Shown here: positions 7,837-17,903 of the stretch, in pieces
Layout of the letters: each line of letters begins with the position of its first letter
How positions within the stretch are numbered: position 1 is the stretch's first letter
Assembly: GCA_029555085.1 (NCBI GenBank)
Contig: JAKPTO010000014.1
Coordinates: forward strand, 8,300 to 72,299
DNA from: a bacterium
GTDB lineage: Bacteria > Patescibacteriota > Patescibacteriia > UBA1558 > S5-K13
Length of the DNA: 64,000 bases
Direction of reading: 5' to 3'
The notes under the pieces: generated by a model
What the model was told of the DNA's origin: nothing
Seen by the model: only the letters and a program-made list of their open reading frames with translations
The model's database searches: none
Position numbers and translations under genes: made by a program

Positions 7837-9975
7837 TCACATAGTTACCTTCTTACAAAAGTTCACAAACTCGTCTTTTGATAATAATTTTTCGTTACCT
7901 TCCACATACTGAAAAATACGCCATTTATCATCTCGCAAAATCGGTAAATAAAATATCTGATTGGTTAGTTTAGAAGCTTGTTTATATGCTTTTTTCAATT
8001 CTTCCAACTTCGTTTTATAGATATTATTATCAAAACCCCCGACCATATTTGCAGAAATATTTACACTTTTTACTTCAAAAATATGTATTCTATTAAAGCT
8101 GTCTTTCATCACAAAGTCTGGATATGAAGAATGCGGTGCGCCGAGATAATACTCAAACTTTATCGGCGAGTTTGCCACATAATTTTTACCCCACAGATAC
8201 ACTTGTTTCGTATCTAAAAACTCTGGTTCTGTTTCTCCAAATAAATCAGTTGCTCCGGCTTTTGGATTCTTCCTCCCAACTGTTACTCTTTTACCAACTC
8301 GTCCATCGCCAACCGCTACATCATCTTTTGCAAGGTCCTTTAAGATACTCGTCCACGCACGCTCCGCTTCACTATCAAATGCAAACTTCTCTTTGCCGTC
8401 ATTGCGTTTCCATACCCAGTCGCCAATATCTACATAATTGCCGTTGTCGGTGTAATGTGAAGTCAGAGCAAAGGAAACTTCTACTTCTTTTCCGTTTTCG
8501 TCTTTTACTACTTCCATGCTTTTCTCATAATCATTCACATATTGACTGCTTTCATTTGCTACGGTATCAATATTTTCCACAAACTCACGCCATTTTGTAT
8601 AAGTCGTCGCATAATTTTCGCCCATTTCTCGCACGCTGTTTTCGGCTTTCACAAAATTTCTCCATAAAGAAAAAATAGAACTCGGAGTAGATACGATTGA
8701 TTGTTTTTTCAAGAATGTCGTTAGATTAAAACTGGCCTTTTTGGTCAAGGATTTTAACCGTGTTGTCTTAATTTTGATCTCATTAGTAATAATTTCGCTA
8801 TCTTGCCACAATTTCACGCCAAAACTTTTTCGCAAGTCTCCGGGAACAATGCCCCAAATCCATGCGGTCATAGCTAGTCTTTGTGCGTCTTCTGATAATG
8901 ATTCAAAATCAAGTAGTCGCGGGTTCCGTCTTACTCGCCCCATCACTTGCTCATCCAATTGCTTACTCTTACTATCCCGTATTTGAAAAAGCATACAGGC
9001 GCGTGGAATATCCCACCCCTCAGTAATCACCATTTTGAAAATGATAATATCAATCGTACTTGAATTTTCTTTTGCATAATCTTTCCACTTGCTCACAGGC
9101 AACTTTTTGGCCTTAAAAGTGTCGTTGGTGTCGCATTGCTTCTCGTTATTAACAATTAGCATCCACTTTAGATCCGTGTGTTCAGCTTTTTCCAGTTCCT
9201 TTTTAATCTCGGCAATTTCAGCATCCGCTTTGTCTTTGTTGCTAATCTGGATAATTAGACATGGGTTTACGCCCAGCATGTTGCGGTAATCTTTTTTTAT
9301 TTCTTCAAACTTCGTAATCGCATCAGTCACTTTGGCATCAGGGTCGTCAACCAACTCAATATCTTTGATCAGTTTCGCATTTACCGCGTCATCGTTTTTA
9401 ATCTCAACATCAGGGTGTTGTCCACGCGAAAGTTTTGGCGTGGCAGAGAAGTTGTATATTTTGGTAAAGAATTTTTCTGATAAACTATCCAGATTGTTGG
9501 TGGCAATATGGCACTCGTCTTTTATTAAATAGACTTTTTTATCCAAGCCACCTATCAATTCCGTCCCAGTTACTGTGCGTAAAAATCCTTCCATTGCTCC
9601 TTGCATCAGTCGTCCGCCTTTTTTATATAAATCGCGAGGTAAAAGATAAACATTATAGTCGGTTGGCACAAACAATCTCTCTTCACCTGCAATTTCGCTA
9701 CTAATTAAATATGGCTTCAATTCCGGAAAATTTCCTTTTACTGAGTATTGTTGAAACTTCTCATAATTTTGTGTGGCGAGATCGCCTTTTGAAAGTGTAG
9801 AAACAAGAAAAATCACATTTTTATCAGCTGATAAAATGCGGTTCATCATATCCGCCATCATATAGGTTTTACCACTTCCTGTTGGCGCTTTGAAAGTTAT
9901 CTCATCTTGTGCAGAGGTGAGTTCAACAAGAGAAGTGACGGCGTTTTGCTGTAGGTCTATTGCTTCTTGTTTCAT
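7837..9975 (-). CDS. res: Type III restriction enzyme Res subunit (SF2 helicase + PD-(D/E)xK nuclease)
   Basis: APTGSGKT, DECH, SAT, EGWDIP, QVMGRVRR, YPDF..IFEVK; directly downstream of Mod. Confidence 0.9.
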   Translation of the reverse strand: MKQEAIDLQQNAVTSLVELTSAQDEITFKAPTGSGKTYMMADMMNRILSADKNVIFLVSTLSKGDLATQNYEKFQQYSVKGNFPELKPYLISSEIAGEERLFVPTDYNVYLLPRDLYKKGGRLMQGAMEGFLRTVTGTELIGGLDKKVYLIKDECHIATNNLDSLSEKFFTKIYNFSATPKLSRGQHPDVEIKNDDAVNAKLIKDIELVDDPDAKVTDAITKFEEIKKDYRNMLGVNPCLIIQISNKDKADAEIAEIKKELEKAEHTDLKWMLIVNNEKQCDTNDTFKAKKLPVSKWKDYAKENSSTIDIIIFKMVITEGWDIPRACMLFQIRDSKSKQLDEQVMGRVRRNPRLLDFESLSEDAQRLAMTAWIWGIVPGDLRKSFGVKLWQDSEIITNEIKIKTTRLKSLTKKASFNLTTFLKKQSIVSTPSSIFSLWRNFVKAENSVREMGENYATTYTKWREFVENIDTVANESSQYVNDYEKSMEVVKDENGKEVEVSFALTSHYTDNGNYVDIGDWVWKRNDGKEKFAFDSEAERAWTSILKDLAKDDVAVGDGRVGKRVTVGRKNPKAGATDLFGETEPEFLDTKQVYLWGKNYVANSPIKFEYYLGAPHSSYPDFVMKDSFNRIHIFEVKSVNISANMVGGFDNNIYKTKLEELKKAYKQASKLTNQIFYLPILRDDKWRIFQYVEGNEKLLSKDEFVNFCKKVTM

Positions 9976-9977
9976 AA

Positions 9978-11555
9978 TTATTCGTCTTCAAGAGTTTTTT
10001 GTGTATTTTCAAAATTTTCACACACCCATTTTATTTTTTCTTTTACTCCAAGTTTTTCCTGCCCGTACAAAGTTTCATCTATTTTTTCAAATGGTTCGTC
10101 AGAGTACGGTGCTACAGTGGCAATATCATAAACATCAAGATTGCCGTCGAGTGGTTTATTTTTCTCGTTCCACTTAAAATCTTTACTTCCGTCATAACAT
10201 TCACCAGTCATTACTCGTTTGAGACGTTTGCTTGTTACATCATTCACAATTCCGTTTGGTGTGGTGTCGGTTATCTCATTGGCAGTGGCAAGAATAAACT
10301 GTCTTTTTCCACCATCTTCCTTATTAAGTTCCAGTACTGCTTGCCCAGTTGTCCCTGAACCAGCAAAGAAGTCGAGGATAATTAAATTTCTGTTAACTAA
10401 ACCAATTAAATATTTGATTAGTGATATAGGTTTTGGGTTATCAAATATATTATTTTCTATTATGCTTATCAATTCCTTCCCACCATCTTCATTTGTCCCA
10501 ACCCCACATTCTTCTTTATTTATTATATTTGACGGTTTTTTCTTTCTTTCTCCCTCTCTTTCATACCTTATAGAGAATTCATTACTTTTTATATAAAATA
10601 CTGTGCCATTTTTAACCTCTTTGTCTACTGTCTCTTGAGTCCATTTAAAATTACCTCTCAACTCAAAGTCCTTATCTGCTTTACCGTTTGCTATATTTAT
10701 ATTAGTTAGAAGTTGAGTTTTCTTTTTATAACCATCTTTAAATTCCCCATTAATCTTAAAAATAACAGAATCCTTATTAAATTTTATTGTTCGTATTGGG
10801 TTTCCACTGTTTAACAATGGCATATCTCCACCTACTATTATACCCGCACTCAAACCCTCGTCTCTTTTTCCATTTTGATAACATAAGACATATTCATATT
10901 TTTTTCTTATATCTTTACCCAAGCTGGGGGGGGTAGCGGTTTTATTCCACATAAAATTTGCTAAGAAATTACTCTCCTCGAATACCTCATCAAAAAGCCC
11001 CTTTACATACGCTTGATTTTTATCATCAATACTACAAAAGATTACCCCATTATCACTTAAAAGCTGTCTAGCAAGAACTAGGCGCGGATAAAGCATAGAA
11101 AGCAGGTTGTCTCTCGTGATGGCATTGTTGTAATTTGTCTGTGCAAACTCTCCCATAGAGTCCTTGCCATATGGCGGATCAATATAGATCACATCAATCT
11201 TTCCGCGGTATTCAATCAGCAAATTGAGAAGTGCATCATAGTTATCTCCGATGATGAGTTTGTGTGTTTGTGCGTTCTTGTCTTGTACAAAACTCAATTC
11301 ATTGTTTTTCTTAAAATACTTTATCGTGTCGGTCATTTTCTCCAGTCGTTTGTCAAAGTGAAAGCCTGTGCGTTTATATGTTGTTCCAAGCTCGGCGATC
11401 ATAATCGCTTCATTGATAGTATCTGTATTTGTAATGAGTTTTTTCAAGAGATCAGCATTCGTTTTTTCTATAATCTTGTCGGCAATACGTTTATCTATCT
11501 CGGTTATGAGATCGTCTTTAACTTTTCTTATATTGTTTGTTGTAGTATCTTTCAT
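9978..11555 (-). CDS. mod: Type III R-M DNA methyltransferase Mod (N6-adenine, beta class)
   Basis: IIGDN, IYIDPPY, FCSIDD, PKP, LDFFAGSGTT. Confidence 0.93.
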   Translation of the reverse strand: MKDTTTNNIRKVKDDLITEIDKRIADKIIEKTNADLLKKLITNTDTINEAIMIAELGTTYKRTGFHFDKRLEKMTDTIKYFKKNNELSFVQDKNAQTHKLIIGDNYDALLNLLIEYRGKIDVIYIDPPYGKDSMGEFAQTNYNNAITRDNLLSMLYPRLVLARQLLSDNGVIFCSIDDKNQAYVKGLFDEVFEESNFLANFMWNKTATPPSLGKDIRKKYEYVLCYQNGKRDEGLSAGIIVGGDMPLLNSGNPIRTIKFNKDSVIFKINGEFKDGYKKKTQLLTNINIANGKADKDFELRGNFKWTQETVDKEVKNGTVFYIKSNEFSIRYEREGERKKKPSNIINKEECGVGTNEDGGKELISIIENNIFDNPKPISLIKYLIGLVNRNLIILDFFAGSGTTGQAVLELNKEDGGKRQFILATANEITDTTPNGIVNDVTSKRLKRVMTGECYDGSKDFKWNEKNKPLDGNLDVYDIATVAPYSDEPFEKIDETLYGQEKLGVKEKIKWVCENFENTQKTLEDE

Positions 11556-11634
11556 AGTTTTATTTCATTAAATCATCAGTTTTTATTTCAAAGTTTTTTT
11601 GCTATATTTATTATGTTTATTATTACAATATTAT

Positions 11635-11675
11635 TTTTTATTTTCTCACAATTCAAACAAAAAGTAAAATAAAAA
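11635..11675. repeat. 41-bp exact direct repeat, copy 2
   Basis: Identical to 6319-6359; lies between the mod start and tRNA-Ser. Confidence 0.9.
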
Positions 11676-11720
11676 TTGCCATTTAATAGACAATTTTATA
11701 TATCATTGTGATAATTGTTT

Positions 11721-11811
<91 letters not shown>

Positions 11812-11850
11812 GAATATCGTATATATGAGTATATTTTTTCGTTAATTTAT

Positions 11851-11925
11851 TGGCTGGGGAGGTAGGGTTCGAACCTACGCATGTCGGCTTCAAAGGCCGA
11901 TGCCTTACCACTTGGCTACTCCCCA
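11851..11925 (-). tRNA. tRNA-Gln(TTG)
   Basis: Reverse complement TGGGGAGTAGCCAAGTGGTAAGGCA-tcggc-ctTTGaa-gccga..GGTTCGAACC..CCCCAGCCA. Confidence 0.96.
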
Positions 11926-12006
11926 ATAAAAATAATAGATGTAAAATATTATCTCTTATTATTTAAGAAATGTCAATATCTGTGTATTTATTTAAATGTT
12001 TATTAT

Positions 12007-12468
12007 TTATTTTTTCTTGTCAGTATCTTCAACAACATTCACTAGCAAAAATGTTTCACTTTCTTGTCCTAATTTTATTGCGACTTTATGCTCGCCCAAT
12101 GTTTTTATGTTTTGCTTTAATTCTATTTTTGAAGCGTCAATTTGTATTCCGTGTTTTTCTTGTAAGATTTTTGACAATTGATCTGCGCTTATTCCACCAA
12201 ATAAATTACCTTCGTTATTTGCCTTTGCGCTGATTGTAATTTTTAATTTAGAAATTTTATTCAATAAATTATCTAATTTTTTTTGCTCGTTTATTTCTTT
12301 TTGTTTGTTGTTGCGAATTTTATTCTCTAGTTGTTTTATTTTTCTGTCATCAGCTAGTTCTGCTAATTTTTGTGGAAATAAAAAATTCAAAGCATATCCA
12401 GGGGAAACTTCTTTTATTTCGTCTTTACGCGCTACATTTTTTACATCTTTTATAAATATTACTTTCAT
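12007..12468 (-). CDS. rplI: 50S ribosomal protein L9
   Basis: MKVIFIKDV..GYALNFLFP, LFGGIS, IKTLGEH. Confidence 0.97.
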   Translation of the reverse strand: MKVIFIKDVKNVARKDEIKEVSPGYALNFLFPQKLAELADDRKIKQLENKIRNNKQKEINEQKKLDNLLNKISKLKITISAKANNEGNLFGGISADQLSKILQEKHGIQIDASKIELKQNIKTLGEHKVAIKLGQESETFLLVNVVEDTDKKK

Positions 12469-12479
12469 TTTATTGTATT

Positions 12480-13745
12480 TTATTGTAATAATTCTATTGC
12501 TTTATCGAGCTGAGGATCTTTGTTGTTATTATATTCCTCGTCAGATATTTTTATTTCAATATCTGGTTTGATACCCTCTTGATCTATTGCCCGATCATTT
12601 GGCGTTAACCATTTAGCTATTGTTAATTTAATTGAAGATCCGTCAGATAATTTTGTTAGATCTTGAACACTGCCTTTACCGAATGTTGTTTCTCCCACAA
12701 TTGTTGCAAGGCCATAATCCTGTAACGCTCCAGCAACTATTTCTGCTGCAGAGGCAGATCCTTGATTTACTAAAATAACTGTTTTTTTATCTTTTAATTT
12801 TGCTACACCATTTGATGAAAAATTTTGGATTTTTTCTTTGTTTTGTGAAACTTCTTTTACTATTATATTGTTTTCTACCCAATAACTACTAACTTTTATT
12901 GCTGTTGTTAAAAATCCACCGGGATTATTTCTTAAATCTAGTATTATATATTTTTTATTTATAGCATTCTGTACTGCTTTTTCAAATAAGGCTTCTGTAT
13001 CTTGATTAAAATTAGTTATTTTTATATATGCAATATTTTTATCATTTAGTAATTTATCTGTCTGTGCGTTTCCAGTGCTTGTTTTAATGCTTTCATAATA
13101 AATTTCATCTCTTGTTATTGTTATGTCTTTTTCTTTTTCTTCGCCGTGTTTTATTGTAAGAGTAACAGTTGTGCCTTTATCTCCTCTTATCATTTGCGCG
13201 GCTTGACTTGGCGTCATAAATGATGTGTCAATCTGATCTATTGCTAAAATTTTATCACCAGCTTGTAAACCAGATTTTTCTGCCGGACTATTAGGTAAGG
13301 GCGCTATTATTGTTAATTTTTCATCTTTTATACCTATTTCAGCTCCTATTCCTTCAAATTTACCCTCTAATTCTTCGTTAAACGCTTTTGTTGTGTCTGG
13401 CGGTAAAAATATAGAATAAGGATCATTTAAAGAAGCTACGAGCCCAGATAGAGCTCCATAAAACATTTGAGAGTCCAAAACGCTAGAATCTATATATTTA
13501 TCTCTTATCGTGTCCCATGTTTTCCAGAAAAGTTTAAAATCAACATTTTTTGATAAATAATCTGGCGCTTCTGCTTTTTTGTTTTTTAATTCGCCCTTTT
13601 GTTCGCCATGTATAAAATTTGGATTATCTGAATTTGATACGCCAACTAAAAGTCCAAGGAAAAAACTTATTCCAATAAGTATTGTAGTGAAAATAATTTT
13701 TTTTGTTTTTTTCAGGTCTTTATTTTGCAGTATTTCATTTTCCAT
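12480..13745 (-). CDS. ctpA: S41 C-terminal processing protease with PDZ domain
   Basis: DPYS, GIGAEI, DLRNNPGG, SASAAE, TFGKGSVQ. Confidence 0.93.
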   Translation of the reverse strand: MENEILQNKDLKKTKKIIFTTILIGISFFLGLLVGVSNSDNPNFIHGEQKGELKNKKAEAPDYLSKNVDFKLFWKTWDTIRDKYIDSSVLDSQMFYGALSGLVASLNDPYSIFLPPDTTKAFNEELEGKFEGIGAEIGIKDEKLTIIAPLPNSPAEKSGLQAGDKILAIDQIDTSFMTPSQAAQMIRGDKGTTVTLTIKHGEEKEKDITITRDEIYYESIKTSTGNAQTDKLLNDKNIAYIKITNFNQDTEALFEKAVQNAINKKYIILDLRNNPGGFLTTAIKVSSYWVENNIIVKEVSQNKEKIQNFSSNGVAKLKDKKTVILVNQGSASAAEIVAGALQDYGLATIVGETTFGKGSVQDLTKLSDGSSIKLTIAKWLTPNDRAIDQEGIKPDIEIKISDEEYNNNKDPQLDKAIELLQ

Positions 13746-13749
13746 TGAT

Positions 13750-15006
13750 CTATTCCTCTCTTTTTATATTTGCTCCTAATTTGTTTAGTCTTTTTTCTAT
13801 GTTTTCATATCCTCTGTCTATTTGTTGAATATTGTCAATGTGAGTTTCTCCTTGAGCAATAAGACCAGCAATAAGCATTGCAAGACCAGCTCTTATGTCA
13901 GGACTTTCCATTTTTTTCGCAGATAATTTCACTGGTCCATTTATTACAACTCTATGTGGGTCGCACAAAACTAATTTTGCACCCATTCTAGAAAGAAAAT
14001 CTGTAAAAAATAATCTACTCTCATAAATTGTTTCGTGCATCATACTCATTCCATTTGCCTGTGTTAAAAGAACAGTATAGCAACTTTGAAGATCTGTCGG
14101 AAATCCAGGATATTCATGAGTTGTAATATCTACAGGTTTTAATTTTTTAAAATCTTTTATCTGTATATAATTTTTTCCGATTTCTAAATTAACTCCCATT
14201 TGATTTAGGATTTTTATAGGAATTTCTAAATGACTTGGATCGCATTTGGTGATTTTAATATTGCTTCTAGTCGCTATTCCGATACATAAAAAACTCCCAG
14301 CTTCAATTCTGTCGGGAATTATTGTAAATTCTGTTGATTTTAATTTTTTAACTCCGTTTATAGTTATGCTATGCGTTCCTGCTCCAACTATATTAGCCCC
14401 CATTTGATTAAGCATTTCACAAAGAGCAGCTACTTCTGGTTCACATGCTGCATTTTTTATTTCAGTTTTTCCATGCGATAAGACCGCTGCCATAATTAAT
14501 GCTTCAGTTCCCGTGTGGCTAATTTTAGGAAATACATATTTACACCCACGCATTCCATTATTTATAAATCTATATATTCCATTGTGAATTTCAATTTTTA
14601 CATTCATGTCCCTTAGAAAATCTAAAAAAAAGTTAATCGGTCTTTTTCCTATTACACAACCGCCTGGGTGAGGAATTTCTACAATTTTAAATCTGTGAAG
14701 AAGCGGAGGAACAAACATAAGAGATGTTCTTATTTTTCTCGCGGTTTCGCTATTGAGTTTTTTGGGATTTATGTTTTTTGCTGTAATTGCAATAGAATCT
14801 TTGCTTAATTTTTCAATCTTTGCTCCGAGATCTTTTAAAATTTCTATAGATAGATTAATATCAATAATATTGGGTAGATTTTTTAGCACAACTCTTTCTT
14901 CCGTGAGAAGTGTTGCTGGAATAGCTTTTAACGCATTATTTTTAGCTCCTTTGACATCTATTTGTCCCTGGAGCTTTGCACCTCCTTGAATAATAAATTT
15001 AGGCAT
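13750..15006 (-). CDS. murA: UDP-N-acetylglucosamine 1-carboxyvinyltransferase
   Basis: GAKNNAL, PGGCVIGKRP, PDRIEAG, YPGFPTDLQ, IDRGYE. Confidence 0.96.
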   Translation of the reverse strand: MPKFIIQGGAKLQGQIDVKGAKNNALKAIPATLLTEERVVLKNLPNIIDINLSIEILKDLGAKIEKLSKDSIAITAKNINPKKLNSETARKIRTSLMFVPPLLHRFKIVEIPHPGGCVIGKRPINFFLDFLRDMNVKIEIHNGIYRFINNGMRGCKYVFPKISHTGTEALIMAAVLSHGKTEIKNAACEPEVAALCEMLNQMGANIVGAGTHSITINGVKKLKSTEFTIIPDRIEAGSFLCIGIATRSNIKITKCDPSHLEIPIKILNQMGVNLEIGKNYIQIKDFKKLKPVDITTHEYPGFPTDLQSCYTVLLTQANGMSMMHETIYESRLFFTDFLSRMGAKLVLCDPHRVVINGPVKLSAKKMESPDIRAGLAMLIAGLIAQGETHIDNIQQIDRGYENIEKRLNKLGANIKREE

Positions 15007-15095
15007 ACTATTATATAATTATATTGCTTATAATTGATATTTTACCTGAAAACAACAGCTTATGCAAATATTTAATTTTTTAATTTATTAAATCT

Positions 15096-16415
15096 ATGCA
15101 CATCGCTTTAAGAAAAATTTTAGTTTATATTTCAGTAATAATTTTTATTATTGCTTCTGCTTTTTTTATTTTTTTATCATTTGGATATAGATATTCTTTT
15201 ACAAAAAGGAAATTTGAAAAAACATCTGTTGCATATATTAAATCATATCCAAGGGGCGCAGATGTATTTATAAATAAAAAGAAATACAAAACCAAAACTC
15301 CGATTCAGATAAATTATCTAAAACCAGATGTTTACAATATTGGTGTTGTAAAAGATAAATATCAAAAATGGAGTAAACAGATTTATATAAAGGCCGAAGA
15401 AACAGTTTTTTTAGAAGATATTTCTTTGTTTTACTCAGATCCAGAAATTTCTATACTGAAAGATGGATATTTTCAGGAAATTTCTATTTCGCCAAATAAA
15501 GAAATGATTTTATTTTACGATAATGAAAATAAAAATATCAATATATTTGATATAAAATCTAATAAATTTTCCACTATCGAAAAAAATATTTTAGCAATCA
15601 ATTATTCATTGTGGTCTCCGGATAATCAAAAATTATTACTTGAAGCAAATGATAAATATTTAATATCTTTTCCGTATTTAAATAAAACAGTTTTGGATTT
15701 ATCACAATATTTAAATTTTAAAGTAAAAAGTTTCGCTTGGGACAAGTTTAATTCAAATATGCTTTATATAATTGATACATCTGGTAATTTATATGCATTT
15801 GATGTTGTGAATAAAAAATTAGAAAATAAAAAATTGAATAATATTCTTGCCGTCAAACCAGAGGGAGATAAATTATTTTATATTCAAAAACAAAAAGATC
15901 AAACAATATTTACTTATTATAAAAAAAATCAACAAGATGCCGAATTTATAATTGTTCCATATAGCGATAATTATGAATTTTTGGAACCATATAGAGATTA
16001 TTTTTGTCTTTTAGATAAAAATTCATATAGAATGTATCTTATGGATCCAAATCAGAAAGATTATATTATAAAGATACTTTACAATGTAGAAGATGTTTCG
16101 TGGGATTTATATAATAGAATTTTACTTTTAAAGAACGATTTAGAGATACGGACCTATGATGTAAAAACTCAGGAAGAAAAAACAATAAACAGATCAAGTC
16201 AAAAAATAGATAATGTATTTTGGCATAGAAATAATAACCATATATTCTATGAATCAAATAATGAATTGAAGGTCATAGAACTTGATGATAGATGGGGAAG
16301 AAATGAATTTTTAATTACAAAAGATATGACATCGCTACATGTTTTAGAAAATAGACGCGGTAATATATTGTATTATGTTACTAAAAATGGGTTTATAAAA
16401 AATATTATTCAATAG
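15096..16415 (+). CDS. Membrane-anchored PEGA-domain protein with probable beta-propeller
   Basis: N-terminal TM, SYPRGADVFIN..KTP..LKPDVY PEGA pattern, repeated WSPD/WD-like blades. Confidence 0.75.
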   Translation: MHIALRKILVYISVIIFIIASAFFIFLSFGYRYSFTKRKFEKTSVAYIKSYPRGADVFINKKKYKTKTPIQINYLKPDVYNIGVVKDKYQKWSKQIYIKAEETVFLEDISLFYSDPEISILKDGYFQEISISPNKEMILFYDNENKNINIFDIKSNKFSTIEKNILAINYSLWSPDNQKLLLEANDKYLISFPYLNKTVLDLSQYLNFKVKSFAWDKFNSNMLYIIDTSGNLYAFDVVNKKLENKKLNNILAVKPEGDKLFYIQKQKDQTIFTYYKKNQQDAEFIIVPYSDNYEFLEPYRDYFCLLDKNSYRMYLMDPNQKDYIIKILYNVEDVSWDLYNRILLLKNDLEIRTYDVKTQEEKTINRSSQKIDNVFWHRNNNHIFYESNNELKVIELDDRWGRNEFLITKDMTSLHVLENRRGNILYYVTKNGFIKNIIQ

Positions 16416-16447
16416 TTTTGGCGTTTGGATTTGAAAATTTTTAAAAT

Positions 16448-16475
16448 AAAACAACGACCTCGAGGTCGTTGTTTT
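16448..16475. terminator. Bidirectional terminator between convergent genes
   Basis: Perfect 28-bp palindrome aaaacaacgacctcgaggtcgttgtttt. Confidence 0.8.
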
Positions 16476-16492
16476 GAATTTATACAACAATA

Positions 16493-17479
16493 TTAATCTT
16501 TCGTATAATAGTTATTTATATCAAATGGAACATCGTCCTCATCTTTTACTATATTTTTAAAAGGGTTTTCTTTTGTTTCACTTTTAATTTCTTCTGGACT
16601 TTTTATTTCTTCTTGTTCGTTATAAATTTTTCTATATTTTGACGAATAATCATTCATTGTTTGATTCGCGTGTGATTGCATTAGTTTCATTGTTTCTTTT
16701 ACAACTTTTTCTGTGGTTTCTTTTATTATTACTTCGATATTTTGAGGAATCGATGTTTTGCTTCTTCTTGCTAATAAATTGTTTGCTTCAAGCCAGGTAT
16801 CAATTGATTCCCCTCCATCTGCCCACCAACCAGGAATAATATCATATTTCATGGTTCCTTGCTGAATATAAAAATTATTTACATCAGTAATTTCTAATTC
16901 GCCACGACCAGATGGTTTTAGATTTTTTATTACATCCCAAACTTGATTATCATATAAATATAGTCCAGTAACAGCTAAATTGCCAATAAATTGTTTTGGT
17001 TTTTCTACAATTTCTATAATTTTGTCTTTTTCTATTCGAGCAACTCCATAATGTTCTGGATGCTCAACTTCTTTTAAGAAAATTCTTGCACCAATCGGAG
17101 TTTTTTCGAATGTTTCTATTGTTGTTGTTAAATTGTCTTCAAAAATATTGTCCCCTAACACAACAACCATTTTATTATCACCAACAAAATCTTTTGTAAG
17201 TGATAGCGCCTGAGCAATTCCTCCGGCTTCTTCTTGTATTGCATAAGATAAATTAACTCCAAATTCATGACCAGAACCAAGTAATTCTAAAAATCCTCCA
17301 GCGTGTCCCCTGCCTGAAACAATCATTATGTCTTTTATGCCCGCATCACGAAGTGTTTCTATTGGATAATAAATCATCGGTCTATCGTAAACAGGAAGTA
17401 AATGTTTGTTTGTTATTTTTGTAAGTGGATGTAGTCTTGAGCCTGTTCCACCGGCTAATATTACCCCTTTTAATTTCAT
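16493..17479 (-). CDS. rmlA: Glucose-1-phosphate thymidylyltransferase (RmlA/SpsI type) with C-terminal extension
   Basis: ILAGGTGSRLHP, KHLLPVYD, LGDN, EKP, RGELEITD. Confidence 0.92.
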   Translation of the reverse strand: MKLKGVILAGGTGSRLHPLTKITNKHLLPVYDRPMIYYPIETLRDAGIKDIMIVSGRGHAGGFLELLGSGHEFGVNLSYAIQEEAGGIAQALSLTKDFVGDNKMVVVLGDNIFEDNLTTTIETFEKTPIGARIFLKEVEHPEHYGVARIEKDKIIEIVEKPKQFIGNLAVTGLYLYDNQVWDVIKNLKPSGRGELEITDVNNFYIQQGTMKYDIIPGWWADGGESIDTWLEANNLLARRSKTSIPQNIEVIIKETTEKVVKETMKLMQSHANQTMNDYSSKYRKIYNEQEEIKSPEEIKSETKENPFKNIVKDEDDVPFDINNYYTKD

Positions 17480-17613
17480 ATTATTTTCTCCCCAGCTTTA
17501 AACCATTAGATTTTAACTTTTGGTTTTTGGCTTTATATTTATTTTTTTAAGTTTAATATATCTTAGGTTAATATCTATAAATTTGCAAGCGATTTTTGAT
17601 ATTTTTTATCCAC

Positions 17614-17641
17614 TTGACTTTTTTTTCATTTCTTGTATAAT
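17614..17641 (+). promoter_or_regulatory. Sigma70-type promoter
   Basis: TTGACT-16 bp-TATAAT upstream of the small ORF at 17692. Confidence 0.55.
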
Positions 17642-17691
17642 ATACAAGTTAGGATAAATAAAATAGATATATAATACATAGGAGGATAAAG

Positions 17692-17877
17692 ATGTTTCTT
17701 CCCAATTCATCACAGGACGCACCGGATACCAAATGCCCGGTGTGTAATATTGTCTGGAGATTTGGGGGAACCAAATCCCAGGGAGAATTTTTAGAAATTT
17801 GTCCTGCTTGCAAAGAAAAGCAGGACAAAAAAATCCCCCAGGGGAGCTTGCCCCTGGAGGGCACAAAAAATAATTAG
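17692..17877 (+). CDS. Small CxxC...CxxC zinc-ribbon protein (61 aa)
   Basis: aggagg SD, CPVC and CPAC pairs, own promoter and terminator. Confidence 0.6.
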   Translation: MFLPNSSQDAPDTKCPVCNIVWRFGGTKSQGEFLEICPACKEKQDKKIPQGSLPLEGTKNN

Positions 17878-17895
17878 GCGCTTCGGCGCCTTTTT
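17876..17895 (+). terminator. Intrinsic terminator
   Basis: aggcgc-ttcg-gcgcct followed by T run. Confidence 0.75.
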
Positions 17896-17903
17896 GCTTT
17901 ATA

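Noticed and set aside
8124-8678. 184-aa + strand ORF and the other short antisense ORFs in the track
   Set aside because: They lie wholly opposite well-supported genes and have no motifs or RBS.
17606-17866. Minus-strand ORFs 17606-17866 and 17649-17864
   Set aside because: Non-ATG shadows of the + strand unit, which has promoter, SD and terminator.
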